The notes under the pieces were generated by a model. It worked only from the letters and a program-made list of their open reading frames with translations, was not told the origin of the DNA and made no database searches. A stretch of 61,106 nt of DNA, filler included, from Sphacelaria rigidula (taxonomy: Eukaryota), in NCBI GenBank assembly GCA_964200075.2. It is 8 parts of 8 records of this genome, joined end to end, with 100 filler letters (N's around TTAATTAATTAA, not from the genome) between each part and the next. Parts side by side here need not be neighbours in the genome. Positions count along the whole stretch, not along the records: positions 38,256 to 45,806 come from CAXNAA020014372.1; positions 45,907 to 53,456 come from CAXNAA020014373.1; 6 more parts are not named here. The stretch is one strand, 5' to 3'. The translations under genes were made by a program, and so were the position numbers. Below, in pieces: positions 38,298-50,621 of this stretch. Every line of letters begins with the position of its first letter. The first letter of the stretch is position 1.

Positions 38298-38548
38298 GGG
38301 GGGCGTAGATAACAGGATTTATGGGGAATTCCGGAGAATTTGGTGAGAACGAAAATTTGGCAGAATACGCAGACGGTTTTGGAGATTTTGGAAATGTCGG
38401 GGAATATGGAGATTTGATGCACAGGGCTCGCTACCTTTGTGCGGTGTCTAAGATGAGGGGGTGATGGGGGGAGGGGGGTGTACTCATGATTTTGCATGCC
38501 TGCATGGGGGGGGGAAGAGATGTCCAGGTTGCCAGATTTCTTGGTTGA

Positions 38549-38621
38549 GTGTGTGTGTGTGTGTGCCTGTGCGTGCGTGTGTGCGTGTGTGCGTATGTGT
38601 GTGTGTGTGTGTGTGTGTGTG
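38549..38621. repeat. Imperfect (GT)n microsatellite
   Basis: Directly visible. Confidence 0.9.
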
Positions 38622-38689
38622 TTTAAATAAATCAAGGCTTTGCCACGGTGCATTCAAGCTTATCTATTTCGTATTCTCATTTCCCACAC

Positions 38690-38856
38690 CCCAGTTCGCC
38701 AACAACGAACGTCTTTGTCTTCTCTCGCCAAAGGTCGCGTATGCCAGTATCAGTGCCCCGAAATGCGAGAAAGGCGTTCGTGCTGTATGCGTGGCGTTTG
38801 GTGTAGACGCGCTGGGGTTCAGTACTATCAGTGAACCGCTCACTGTTGGTTCCATA
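38690..38856 (-). CDS. Candidate exon of an unknown gene (YGTNSERFTDSTEPQRVYTKRHAYSTNAFLAFRGTDTGIRDLWREKTKTFVVGEL)
   Basis: TGCAG| acceptor, GG|GTGTGG donor and a protein-like open frame. No family recognised and partner exons are unresolved. Confidence 0.3.
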
Positions 38857-40691
38857 CTGCATAAGTTATAGTAGACGGAATGAAGACATTTGCTACACTT
38901 TTTCAAATCTATAATTGCGTGAGCATTATTCACATGTTTTTTTTCAACTCCAAAAGCACCCGTGCTACTCGTTTCCCAGCGGTTTCCGGCTGCTGGAAGT
39001 ATCGCCATTGCAGCAGCCATCATCTCTGGAGTATGCTCCAGTCCAAATGACGTAGCGGACATGGGCACCAAGTGGACGTGAACGCTGACGAAAGTTTGGT
39101 CGTAAAGCGTTGATCGTCCTTGTTTGGCTAGAGGGAGGATCAACGTAGCGTCAACTATTAGTCTGCTGTCCCCCCCCCCCCCCCCCCCCCACCCCACACC
39201 CCCCTCCCACACCCCCTTCCCCCCCTCTCTGACCAGGTGTAGGTATTGCGGTTTCGTCAAAACACAGGAGCATCTGATTCTAGGCAAAAATGTGCATAAT
39301 GAATTGTGGCGGGGTATTTTATTATTGAGGGAACTCTCGTTCCTGTTTTTGCTCCTCGCCTGTTTTTCTTTTCGATCGAAGGAATGACTGGGGTCCCGTG
39401 TTTGTGTGTGATTTATTTTTCGTTTTGATGGTGAATACATCATCGTGGAACAGTAAAATATGGGATTGCATCACGCACCTTGATGTCGAGGTGGTGGATG
39501 TATCATGGTCGGTTTTGGTCCAGACTGCGGAGTTTCTTCAGTTCGACGCGGGCAGTCAGTTAGTTAGAGTCGATGGTTTGCACGTACATGAACGACGATT
39601 ATGGTGATAATAACAGGTGGCTGAGCTGTGCTTTCCTGTGTGTCGAGGCGACACTGAGACCTAGGGGCTGGCATCGGGTGCGTGTGTTATGTGTGTGTTT
39701 GTGTTGAGTTGGCTCTCTGTTGCGTTGTATATGCTGTTGAATGTGTTGAGCGCGTGCTCCTGTGTTGTATGAGACATACATTCAACAGGCCATCCTCAAC
39801 AATTATCAAGATTTTTCCTACGGGAACGAACCGAGGTCGAAATGTTACACGATGTTGAGCCTAGTGCTCGTCAAAGGTTGCCTCCAAGACACTTGGGAAG
39901 GCAACCTCTGATGGGTACTACGATACGGTAGTCAACATCAGAAATCTTCAGAGTTGTTTTTGGAATTACCTCGCGTACTACTTTTCGATAGAACTCGAAA
40001 CTGCTACCGTCGGTAGATTTCGGTGAAATAAACAGATCGTTCGTAAAACGCAGTGCCCAAGTTAGTGTTACTTGGTGTTATCGTGCGATACGAGTAGATA
40101 TCCCGTTTATCAGGAGGGTGGTATTGACCGTGAAACACAATTTTTCGGCTCCAGTGCATTGAGTAGGTATACTTGACAGAAAAAAAGTTTCTTTACAAAT
40201 ACGATCGAAATAGGCTCGATCGATCGAAAATTCCCAATGGTTGGAATCTGGGCTGAAAAGTGGCAGTACCCCCGATGACCGGTCAGCCCGTAAGTCACTC
40301 AATATTGAGTACAGGTGTTTTTTTCCCTTGAAATGAGCGGATACGAGTGTCTTCAGATCCCCAACGTAATGAGCGTGGCAAGCGAAAGAGCCTACGAAAA
40401 TCGCCAATTACGAAGAAATTACAAAATTCATAGTTCAGACGCTAACTACCTATTGGTTCAATATCGTTTTCAATTTCGAACTCAGTTCGTTTTCTCCATA
40501 GAAAAATATCGCCCTCAGTTGTTTAGGATTGCCTGTTATTTGTCCACCCAGCACACGCCCTCGCAGTGCTTGTTCGTGGGATTCAAACTAGTGCGGTTGC
40601 TGAGACTCGCACACCACACTATATATCCCGATTTCACTCAGTGAAATTGGTTTCTGCTCCGGGTAAAAAATCCAAGGTTGTGTTCTGAAAG

Positions 40692-41645
40692 GTACGGGTA
40701 CGTTCTGTAGGGTATAACACTCCTTACATAACTTACAGAAATATCGGGTACCGGTAAGAAAGTCTTACAGAGTTTACAGAACTGTTGGGTATCAGTATGA
40801 AAATCTTACAGAAATTACAGGACTTATCGGGTACGGTATGGGAGGCTTACATACGAAACCCGTTACCGGCAATAGGGTAACTCTTCTAGGGCATACCCGC
40901 CCCTCGCGTTGGGGTAAAGTTTTGTACAGAACTCACGGAAGCTGCCAAGTAAGGGTATGGGAGGCTTACAGAACTCACAGAAACTGTCGAGTAGGGTATG
41001 GAGGTTGCACAGAAAACCGTACCCGCAACAGGGTATTTTATCAAAAGCATACCCGAGCCCCCCGGTAACGGTAGGGGAGGCTTACAGAACTCACAGAACT
41101 ATCGGGTACGGGCATGAAGGTCTTACAGAGATTACAGAGCTGTCGGGTACCGGTACGAACACGGGATTTTACAAATTGGGGATGGATCTCTTATTGGGGA
41201 TGAAAACCCGGAGGATTAAAATCTTCGTATCCACATTAAATCTTCGAAGTATGCTTCCATTTTTTCACTTGCTGGTAGCTATTGACAACTACCACACGCT
41301 ATTTGAATTTGGATTTCGATAACCGAAATATCGGGATTCTGGGTAAAACAACATTTTTGGACACCTGAAATCCCCCAAAAGTGCTTTTTCACCCAGGACC
41401 CCGAAATTTCGGTTATCGAAATCCAAACTTGAATGGCGTGTAGTAGTTGTCAATAGCTACCAGCAAGTGAAGAAATGGAAGCATACTTCGAAGGTTTGGT
41501 GTGAATATGAAGATTTCAATCTTCCGGGTTTTCATCCCCAATAGAAGATCCATGCCCAATTTGTAAAATCCCGTGTCTATGGGAATCTCACCGAGTTTAC
41601 AGAACTGTCGGGTACGGTAAATACCCGACAAAATACCCCGGGTAT
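40692..41645. mobile_element. Non-autonomous element built from degenerate acagaacttacagaactgtcgggtacgg(g)tatg units, interrupted by a foldback MITE
   Basis: The unit recurs about 8-9 times between 40730 and 41620, on both sides of the insertion. Confidence 0.75.
41159..41576. mobile_element. Palindromic MITE related to 18205-18655
   Basis: acacgggattttacaaattggg...cccaatttgtaaaatcccgtgt with about 200-bp arms. The inner arm aaaatcttcgtatccaca...gtagctattgacaact is shared with the 18205 element. Confidence 0.9.
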
Positions 41646-42636
41646 TCAGAACACCGCACCCTAGTAAACATCACCTTGGTATTTTCATCACCCCTGTGGT
41701 CGGACATACGTCACTACAACAGTGGCGAAATACAGATGACAGTTAGTTCACGTAAACTCCAGACGGCTTCACGGGGTTGATAGAGAAAGACTACACGAAC
41801 AATCGCAGTAGTACATGTGCACGGAATCGTCAACATCTATCGGCTTCACGTACACTCCCCAGAGAATACAAGAAGGAGCATTCACGGCTGCCCGCTCTCT
41901 GGAAGCCCTTCGGCACGCGACAAATCGCCGACGGTCTTGACGACTTTCGGTGGCAGCTCATACTCTGTGCTGCACATGTCGATAACAGCCTGGAGTTTGA
42001 TGATCATGACACAGCCACCATCAACGTCGATGACGTGCGTCTTGCTACTCGATCCCCTGGTGGCGCAGGTGAACCGCCCCCGCGCGAGCCAGCACTCGAG
42101 TCTGGGGATGATCCATCCTGACGGTCTGTAGTGCTGCTCACGTTTCGTGTTTCCACTCAGCGGGACCTCGTATAACAATGTTTTCGTGAAATTGAGAGTT
42201 GAAGATCCAATTGAGAGTGGCATCTTTTTTCGACCGGCGTGACAGTCACCTTTTAAAGTGGTGGACGACACGTTGGTTTCTAGCATAATAAGAGGCCCGT
42301 TGACGCTTAGAGCAGTAGACCTGATGAAATGTTCGTACACAATGGTTGACAGGGATGACTACTCGATTTCAAAGTTGATAAAGTTCTAAAAAACATTGTC
42401 CAGGGCAGGTGAGCAGTGGACCCAGCTCGTCCAGCACGTGTTTTTGTCGAAATCGGAGCCTGCCGCGACGTTTCGAAGTCTGCCAACGCACACTCTGTCT
42501 AGGGGAAATTATGCACCTTCCTCGCCCGAGGGTCTTGTGCGCCTTGGGTCGGGGTTACTGTTAGTGTTAGTCTACAGCATTCAATGATGTTCCCCATCGA
42601 ACGTTATTTACGAACATTTCTTCAGGTCTTTTTCGA

Positions 42637-43105
42637 TAGACCGCGAGGGTAGGTCACCTGCTGGATCGGCATCAATTTTCACTTGAAAAAAGTATGCGTG
42701 ATCCAGATGGACTACCCCCACCGCGGCGGTCGCCCCGGTGGCTCAGTTCGTAACCTCAGAATCTTCTAACGGTTGGGTCGTGGGTTCATATCTCGGAGCG
42801 ATCTGGGATTTTTTCTCACACCATGGCCAACAGTGGATAGCGACCATGTTGTGGGTACACAGAGTTCGACTTGATGATCGACGAGGGAAAAGGACTGCTG
42901 AACCCCTCTCGCGATAAAAAGAAGAAAGGCAAGCGCCGCAGAAGGAAGATGGAGTACCGAAAACAAATGGGACGACAACACACACACACCCGAATCACGG
43001 GCTAAGGTTAGTCCTCGGACCGCGAGGGTGGTCCATCTGAATCACGCATTCCGTTTTCAAGTGAAGTTGATGCCGATCTAACCGATGACCTACTCTCGTC
43101 GTCTA
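42637..43105. mobile_element. MITE with about 85-bp TIRs, TA-flanked, containing a SINE. Partial relatives at about 12078-12150 and 60275-60335
   Basis: tagaccgcgagggtaggtca...ggcatcaattttcacttgaaa...gatccagatggactaccc pairs with gggtggtccatctgaatc...ttcaagtgaagttgatgcc...tgacctactctcgtcgtcta. Confidence 0.85.
42728..42989 (+). mobile_element. tRNA-derived SINE with an internal deletion of roughly 90 bp
   Basis: Intact head and (CA)n tail. Lacks the cctgtg...ccagaa block seen in 20823-21179. Confidence 0.88.
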
Positions 43106-45720
43106 AGGGTCAAGTTCCGGCTCGAAACTTCCCTTGGTGTGAGATTCGAAATAATTAACGGCCATCAGTCACCTGGCAACAGCATGTCGTTTGTATGTGC
43201 AACCGTTCCATAGTACATAGCCCAACAACCGGTCGGAAAATATTCAGAACAAATAAAAGTCCAATCCTTGGGGTCTGGAGCGCAAACATTTTTTTGTTGA
43301 AGAGAAAAGTGGCGATGGTGAGCATCCAAATCTTGGGAAAGGTACCCGACCGGTAGGGTACCCTCTCATTGTACATCATGATCGGAGTAACTTCGTGATG
43401 ACATGGCGGTTTCACGACTTCACCTATTAGATTGCTGTCGATAGAGTATGGTTGATTTGTTCGAACAATCGGTATCGCAGTAACTTTGACGATATCAAAA
43501 TCTCTAATTCGAACTAGTGCACGTAAAAGATTCGTAATCAGGTGACAGAAGCCTTGCAGCTACCATTGGGAACATAGGCTCGGATGCCACTTTTGATTAT
43601 CAAAGAGGCGGCCGATGGACGGAGGCTAGTTAACCCTGAAAATTAAATGTGTACCCCGGTGCACGATCGACCTTCATGTGCACCCTGGGATAATGGCAAA
43701 AACATGTGCGGCCAGTCAGCGCTGCATGACCACGACCCTGACCGTGGTGCAACTTGGGTCAAACTATTTCAATCCGAGCCAGCGCAATCAACGCAGAGTA
43801 CAGTAGTAGTAAAATAGCAACATGATGTCGCACTCTCTCTCATCTCTCACTACTCATCGCACGGTCGAGTCTGCTGGACTTCCCACTGCCAGCTCGAAAA
43901 CGAAAAAGTGCTCTGTGTTAATTATTTCACGGTTAGGACGAATCATCACGACTACGAATCACCAAATCCACGATTTCTTCAACCTGATTGCCCAAAAGGG
44001 AGAAAAAAGTTGCCCGCTGCTCCAAGGGGTATCCACCCAACTTTTGCGCCATTCCACGTGTCTGGGCTGTGTGTACCTGGGTTGTAACACTGAAAAAAAA
44101 GCCTAGGGATTGATTCGTACGAGTCGAATAAATTATACTAAAACCAAGTAATTTTCAGACGAATCATTGTTTGTCCGATCCTTGAATCATTTCAAAGCTC
44201 AAAGTTCTCTGCTCGCTCATCTCCATCCTCCATGTATGATGCACACCGACAGACTATGACGGGAAAATAGGTGGTGCTTTGTGTACCCAGAGAAGCGCAG
44301 GAAATCCAAGGTAGAGGGAGTGGCGTGTACTGGAACAGACAACGTCATGGCGACTACATGATATTCTACTGTGTCAGTTGCGCTAGGTCTATCGATAACA
44401 CCATGATGTCCACGGTGCCATCTCTACAGCAAGGTGAGTTATGGCCTACAGACAGGGTGGTACACAGTACAGTGTAGCACTGTACTGTATGTACACGGAA
44501 GCTCAAACAAAACAACAGTACAGTGCAGTCGTCTTATTCTCCATCATTCCCGCTGCGTTCATCCCTTCGTCCATGATAGCTCCTGAAGGATCAGATTCCA
44601 TCAAAGCCCCGGGGAGCGTGATCCCTTCCTGCCGCCAGCTGTAAAATTGAACCCTCATTTGACCATCAGGGTGGGCATTTTTGAAGTGAAAATTGTGCCG
44701 AAGAAAAAGAGAGCTTACCCTCGGTGTGACACGTTCTTTATGTTCTTTTCCAATTTTCCAATTGGTTGTTGTCTCGGGCTATTCCAGACTCGGTGTTGGA
44801 TTTTTGTGACAGAAAACTGTCTCGTTCTTCCCAGAATACTTGAAAAAAAACAAGCAGAACTTTTCGAAAAACTACTCAAAACGTGACCCCATTATATGGA
44901 GTGTAGGGTACTACACGGAACACAACACAATTCTGCAGTGGTAGATGGAGAACAGAGTACTATACTGAATACAACACAACACAGCACAAATTCTGCAGTG
45001 TTTTTTAGAACCTCAACACGGACTGTATACAGTATGCATCAGCTGCTTCTCTGGGTGCAGTAGCCATGCGTGGGAAACACACTCCACGTGCATAGCTCCC
45101 ACAGAGAAATGCGCACAGCTATATCTCCCAGAACTTCGCCGAGTGAGCAAGCATGGGTCCATCGGCGGGGAGTACGTACTGTGATGGTATATGAGAATTA
45201 GACTAGTACCGTGGGATATCGCGACGGTTCCACAAACGGTCAGCGGGTATGACAAGGTTCTAGTCGAATGTGTGCTTGTAAAGTAGATATATAAGTGGTA
45301 AGTTCCAGATATCGCTGCTCGTTTGAGGAATTTGTAGACTGGTCTGCGCATCCTTCGCCGTCCAATTACGCACGTTACTACGGACGTTTTGATTGGCCAT
45401 AGCATGGCGCGTCAGGCTGATTTTGTAATATAACGGGATTGTACGCGAGGCAGGATGAAGGTTGAGCTGCGATCGAGCACCTCTGCCTCTTACAGCCTCA
45501 CTTGAGTCTCAGGCCAGCAGCCTACATCGATTTGGATACAGGGTCACCGTAGAAAGCTGATCAAAAGAGTCTTCAAGCATCGCCTTCCTTTTTATCTCTT
45601 CAGTTTTACCGGCCTTCAAGTCCATAGCTCGGACCACGTAAGTTGTGCGAGTTGTGTGTATTTTTTCTTTTTATATCCCTCCTGCTGACCCCAAAGGCTG
45701 GCTGTAGTTTCCCCACAGCA

Positions 45721-45806
45721 GGCTCAGTTGGTAACCTCGTAACCCTCTGATGATTGATTTGTGGGGTTCGATTCTCGGAGCGATCTGGGAATTTATCTTA
45801 CACCAT
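45721..45806 (+). mobile_element. tRNA-derived SINE head, cut by the contig end
   Basis: ggctcagttggtaacctcg...ggggttcgattctcggagcgatct. Confidence 0.8.
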
Positions 45807-46349
45807 NNNNNNNNNNNNNNNNNNNNNNNNNNNNNNNNNNNNNNNNNNNNTTAATTAATTAANNNNNNNNNNNNNNNNNNNNNNNNNNNNNNNNNNNNNN
45901 NNNNNNGGTAACCCGGTTGCCTAGCTTACGTAGTGAATGGCGTGTTTTATAGCGTCGTCGCCGGGGGGGGGAGGGGAGATACGCAAATGGTGGGAATAGT
46001 ACTCTTCGAAGGCACCTGGGAGGGAACTTCGCTGGAACCAAAACTCTAACCCTTGTGACATATATACTGCTGACATGCTCGGAGTGAATAATGACAGTAG
46101 ATGCCGGGATCGGTCAGACAGATGGACCAAAGAAATTTCTCCACAGCCACACGAAGTTGACTCTTCAGCACGGAGGTGCATTATGAAGAACAAGAGCCAC
46201 GGAGGGCACGAATTCAAATTGCGCACGGGGTTCGCTGACTTGCCACGGTGCTTTGAGCAAAAACAAGAACGAGATGATTTCACAACGATCGCACACTTTT
46301 CTTAGAGTACACCCCCCCCTCCCCCTTCCCCCCCCCCCTCCCCCCCTAT

Positions 46350-46425
46350 GCTCCGTCTCGAAAGGGATGCGTGGTCAATGGTCGACCGACTAAGGCAAGC
46401 AACAAATGAATACCTCCCCCCCCCG
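46350..46425 (+). repeat. Short (about 75 bp) dispersed repeat. Copies at about 47535-47612 (-), 54135-54190 and 54205-54280
   Basis: ccgtctcgaaagggatgcgtggtcaatggtcga.cgactaaggcaag.aac.aatga.tac followed by poly-C. Confidence 0.85.
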
Positions 46426-46657
46426 GCCTATAGAGGTGACGATACCAGAAAATGAAGCAATTCATTTGAGGCTGCCATCCATATGCGAAACAATTAGTAC
46501 GCCTCGGGCCGACAGTCTTCGCAGGATGCGGGTTACCCTTAGTGCAACTGGCCGAACGCATCACGGCGCTTCGAGCTCGGTGATTGCGAGCCTGGGCCGG
46601 CAAAAACCCGGCGTGCTCCGTCCCGACTTTGTAGTGATCCGAAGCCAATGTTCTTAC

Positions 46658-46737
46658 GACTACGGCATGCGAGAACATGGGTACGCCCTTCTCCCGCCAA
46701 GTCTGTGCTTCCAAGAGAACGTTCGGGTGTAGTGCTG
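46658..46737 (-). CDS. Candidate next TRM5 exon (ALHPNVLLEAQTWREKGVPMFSHAVV)
   Basis: TTACAG| acceptor and GTC|GTAAGA donor, open in the phase-1 frame left by exon 48041-48174. Homology not established. Confidence 0.3.
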
Positions 46738-47708
46738 CTGTAACTCAGAGACACCTCACGCCCTGGTTTGCGCCCCAACTGTCTACAGTAGTTCAAGCGA
46801 GCCAACTTCGTGGCCAAGCAGTTTAAGCTAAAAGTCCTGCATTTGCCAACACTACCCCGTCCGTCACAGGGGTTCCAAATGGTGTGCGTTGCAGCAGAAA
46901 CACCTTCCATACATATTTGCGATTGAAATTTCATTACAGATGGGGGCCACCGCCTGATAACCTCTTATTTTGCGAGATGCTCGAGCTTTTATTTCCTCTG
47001 TGGGTCGGCTAGCAACAGCTAAATATGTTGTAGTGTGGGAATCTTGCCCAGGCATCACAATTTGTTACCGAAATAATTATTTTGCTATTTTGGGGGGGGC
47101 GGAGTTCTCCCGGAGTTCTCAATTGCCCACGTCTTGAATAGTGGCCGCATCTATAGAGCCGACGAGTTGTAGACTAGATTATTAGGAGTGACGAAGAACT
47201 CAGCCTCGATGCATTGTGAAATTTCGGCAGCGCAGCGGCCAGAAGTCATGCCGTTGTAACTCTTCCATCACGATACTTCGGTAAACAGGATCTGACGGTA
47301 GTGCAGTGCTTCGGGGGTAATAGGAGCCATAGCCTACGGTGCACGAGAAACAAGATGACCAAGAAAATTACCAGAAAAAAAAAAAAGAGAACAGAGAGAA
47401 CAAAATCGGGACTATCGAGGTTTTCTGTCATACACATGAATCACTTTTTGAAAATATGTGACGATTTTTCGAGACGGTGGAAACAAGAAAAAAATAGTGT
47501 TCGTTGATTTCCAGTACCGGAACTGTGCATCATGGAGGGGGGGGGGCGTACTCATTTGTTCCTTGCCTTAGTCGTTCGACCATTGACCACGCATCCCTTT
47601 CGAGACGGAGCACCGTAAACTGGTGGCAGCAGCACACGCCAATAAAAACGACGTACATGTGGAAGTAGTTGACTGAGTTTGTTTGGCGTGAGTTGACGCG
47701 GTGCGGGA

Positions 47709-47922
47709 GTGGGAGCAGAGCTGTCATTAAATCAATCGGAAGAGCAGCTTCTGGATTCGGCGGCAACACAGCGATACCAGGCGATCACCGGCTCGTTAAT
47801 GTATCTAGCACAAGTGAAACGGTATGATATCCAGTTTGCTGTCAACCAACTTGCGAGAGCGATGTCAACACCATCAAAAGCACACATGGGTGCTGCGAAA
47901 CACCTTCTACGTTACCTTGCTG
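47709..47922 (+). mobile_element. Ty1/Copia pol fragment (RT C-terminal / RNase H linker)
   Basis: RYQAITGSLMYLAQVKRYDIQFAVNQLARAMSTPSKAHMGAAKHLLRYL matches the classic Copia Y...VGSL.YL...RPDI.FAV..L.R.M..P...H..AAK.VLRYL. Confidence 0.92.
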
Positions 47923-48040
47923 ACCCAACTCGCGAGACCAAAATGCAAGGCGTGTACCGGGGCGGGGGGAGGGGGGGAAGGGGTGGGGGGCTTACTGCTG
48001 GCCCTGACGGCTGTGCTGTTCAAAAAACAGCACCTCACAC

Positions 48041-48174
48041 CTTCGAGGGTTTCGGGGTCCTTAACGGCGGGACTGAGAAGCAGCAAACGCCTCGAGGGAT
48101 CTTCGCGGCAGGGTTCCACGTTCTTGTGCTTGGGCATATTCAGCAGTTCTTTCCGCAGCTTCTGCATGAACTCG
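48041..48174 (-). CDS. TRM5: TRM5-like tRNA (guanine37-N1)-methyltransferase, exon 3
   Basis: AAACAG| acceptor and AAG|GTGTGA donor. Phase 2 join gives KRT-S-EFMQKLRKELLNMPKHKNVEPCREDPSRRLLLL, the Trm5 N-terminal LL..P..K.V....D..RLLLL pattern. Confidence 0.72.
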
Positions 48175-49477
48175 CTGTTTGATTTATTTAGGAAAATAGA
48201 TGGCAGCGAGCGAAAGTGGCGGGAGGGTGTGCGAGTGATGGGGGGGGGGGGGGGGGGGTCAGGCGGAAGGTTGTTCGTTGCAGCAATGGTGGCACTCAAA
48301 AAGCGGGAGCGAAACCGGGTGGATGGGAAGGAGGAGAACGCCAATAGGTTATTATCGTGTTCTGATGGGTATGACCATGGAACGGTTGTAACGGCAAGAT
48401 TCGATCTTACCAGCACCTCGCCGTCAAACGCTGCAAAAACAAGAGAAAAGTATGGGCTGCACTTCTTCAGGAAGATGGCACCGCGGGTGATGGGCGGCAC
48501 GTGTGTGCAGATATCGTACACGCACGGGCGCAGCAGAGCATTCATCAGATCTTCGCTCTGGAACGTATGCGCCGAACATACACGAAAACGCCTGCGTCCG
48601 AAGAATAAGTTGCGCAAACCGTGATAAGGATATGTGCCAGCATATCAGTGTTATTAACGAGGCAAATTTTTCCGATTTCCCGTTTCCTTTCTCGATTTTT
48701 TTTTTCTCCCGACTTCTCCGCAAAGGAATGCTCAAAGAAATTCCAAGCTAAATTTTCGTAGAAATCTGCTTTCACGTTCACCGCAAAAAATATTTATATC
48801 CCCTCAAAAACGTCAGAGACTTTGGGGGGAGAAAGAATGGACCCGTTGATAAAACGTCCTTACAACGACTTCAACTTTTCCCGCACGTTGTATCGCGCCA
48901 GTTATATACAATATTTGCCGAACGCTGGCCATACGTGTATTCATGGAGAACATGATGTATTCTGCATCAAATTTTTGGAATAGACAGAACTAAATATTTT
49001 CTGTCATACGCATGGTAGGTCATACCAGAGTGCGTCTCGCTCACATTCCACCACCCCAACGACTACCTTGGCCATTACAAAACCGCACAACATCACAGCT
49101 CACACAGCTGAACGCCTGAGTGACTCCATCTGCGTTCCACACTGTTTAGTCGGTGATAGAGTTCTACCCGCTCGATCTTGGAGGGAAAATAGTTTTGTTC
49201 GTGGAAGAAAGAACGCTGATTTTTCTGATTCAGAGACGGAAGTCCACATTTGGTGCCAACTCTTCGTAGGGCAACAGTCAACAACAACTCAAATTCTATC
49301 CCCAATCCCAACCCTCTACACACCTGTTTAGGCCTAGCATGCAATAGCAGTGAGCAAAACAGGGAAAATTACGCCCAAAACGCCTGGCCACTGTGCCCGA
49401 GAGGAGCACGGTATGTTTCTCTCGCCGAGGTTGGTGAAATTCTCCAGACAGGAGGGCTGAACAAGAGTACATATTAC

Positions 49478-49730
49478 CTCGTTCGCTTCGAAGGTATCTT
49501 CAGGGCAACCACCCTAATAACCCGCGAGAACTGCTCCCTATTGAGTACAAGCTCCCGCGCGCCGCCGCCACCGCCGCCAACCCCTTCACTTGCTACCCCT
49601 TCTCCAGATAAATCATCTCGTCGCCGTCCTTCGTCTTGTTGCACGTTGGCTTCGCCAGGCATGTCGTTATTCTCGGGGTCGCGCGTTATGCTACGGCCGT
49701 AGGAAGTGCTGACGTCTGCGTCAATAGCTG
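49478..49730 (-). CDS. TRM5: TRM5-like methyltransferase, exon 2
   Basis: ACCAG| acceptor and GAG|GTAATA donor. Ends LNREQFSRVIRVVALKIPSKRT, the Trm5 LDR..F...I.V.AL.VP pattern. Confidence 0.72.
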
Positions 49731-50257
49731 CTGGTAAGTTCCGACGAGTGAAAAGTGATGGGAAGATGGTCTGACTGATCGACGAAAATAGAGTGAAGGG
49801 ATTTCGAACGCTGTGCAGAAAATGTGTTGTACATCCACTTTCGGTGTGTGTTGGACAACGTTTGAGACGATGCGGAGATGGAAACAGCAATTTTTACGCC
49901 CATAGAGCGACCACCCCATTGTAAAGAACGACAGCTGCTTTTGGCTCTTCATGTGGCGACATCAACATCGCGTTCTTTCAAAAGCAGATCGAGATCACGA
50001 CAAACACGACTCAGGAATCGAGCTGCCCTCCGCTGGATGTGTATGGTAAAGAGACGGGATCAACGCTAAACATGAATCATGAATGTCCACGAGTGCAAAC
50101 ATCTTTACTTTGCACACGATCAACGTGCGCTGACAGTGGCTTCGAGACGATTGAGAATTTGGGCCGTCGATGGCCTGAATGAGACGCAGGAGAGGAGTTC
50201 GCGTGCACAACGCGGTGATGGTTAAGGGCAACGGGGGTGTTATTCACCGTGACCTAC

Positions 50258-50621
50258 CTGAGAAGCTTATGGGAGATGGTGGGCGATGGATGTCACAAGC
50301 CTGAAGTAATACCGAACCCCCTTGACTCCCGGTACCACCAGCACCGACAGCAGTATAAAAATATGAGCCAACTGGCGGGGTCGAGATGGAAATGGTACGG
50401 GCAGCCCTCGTGCGTTCTTGAAACAGAGCTGTGTATCGACCGGTGCTTACTGAACCCAGTCGCAGTCCGCCGTGTTGGTGCCGTAGCAAGCTCCTACAGG
50501 TGGTGGCTTCAAAATAGCGTGAGCCTAGGGGCAATGCGATGTGAAAAAAACTTCCTGTAGGAGGCACCAAAAATGTTACTGGAGCGACGCGGTGCATTCG
50601 TCGTGTTGCGGCTAGCCACAT
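50258..50621 (-). CDS. TRM5: Probable TRM5 exon 1, transit-peptide-like
   Basis: MWLAATRRMHRVAP... is R/S/T-rich and acid-poor. CAG|GTAGGT donor in phase 1 matches exon 2. Confidence 0.5.

Noticed and set aside
47907..48617. 236-aa minus ORF and overlapping 266-aa plus ORF as single genes
   Set aside because: They span a TRM5 exon, intron sequence with a poly-G/C tract and (for the plus ORF) the Copia fragment. Only 48041-48174 is supported as coding.
9115..50621. tRNA-processing gene cluster (PRORP-like plus TRM5)
   Set aside because: The genes lie on different, artificially concatenated contigs.
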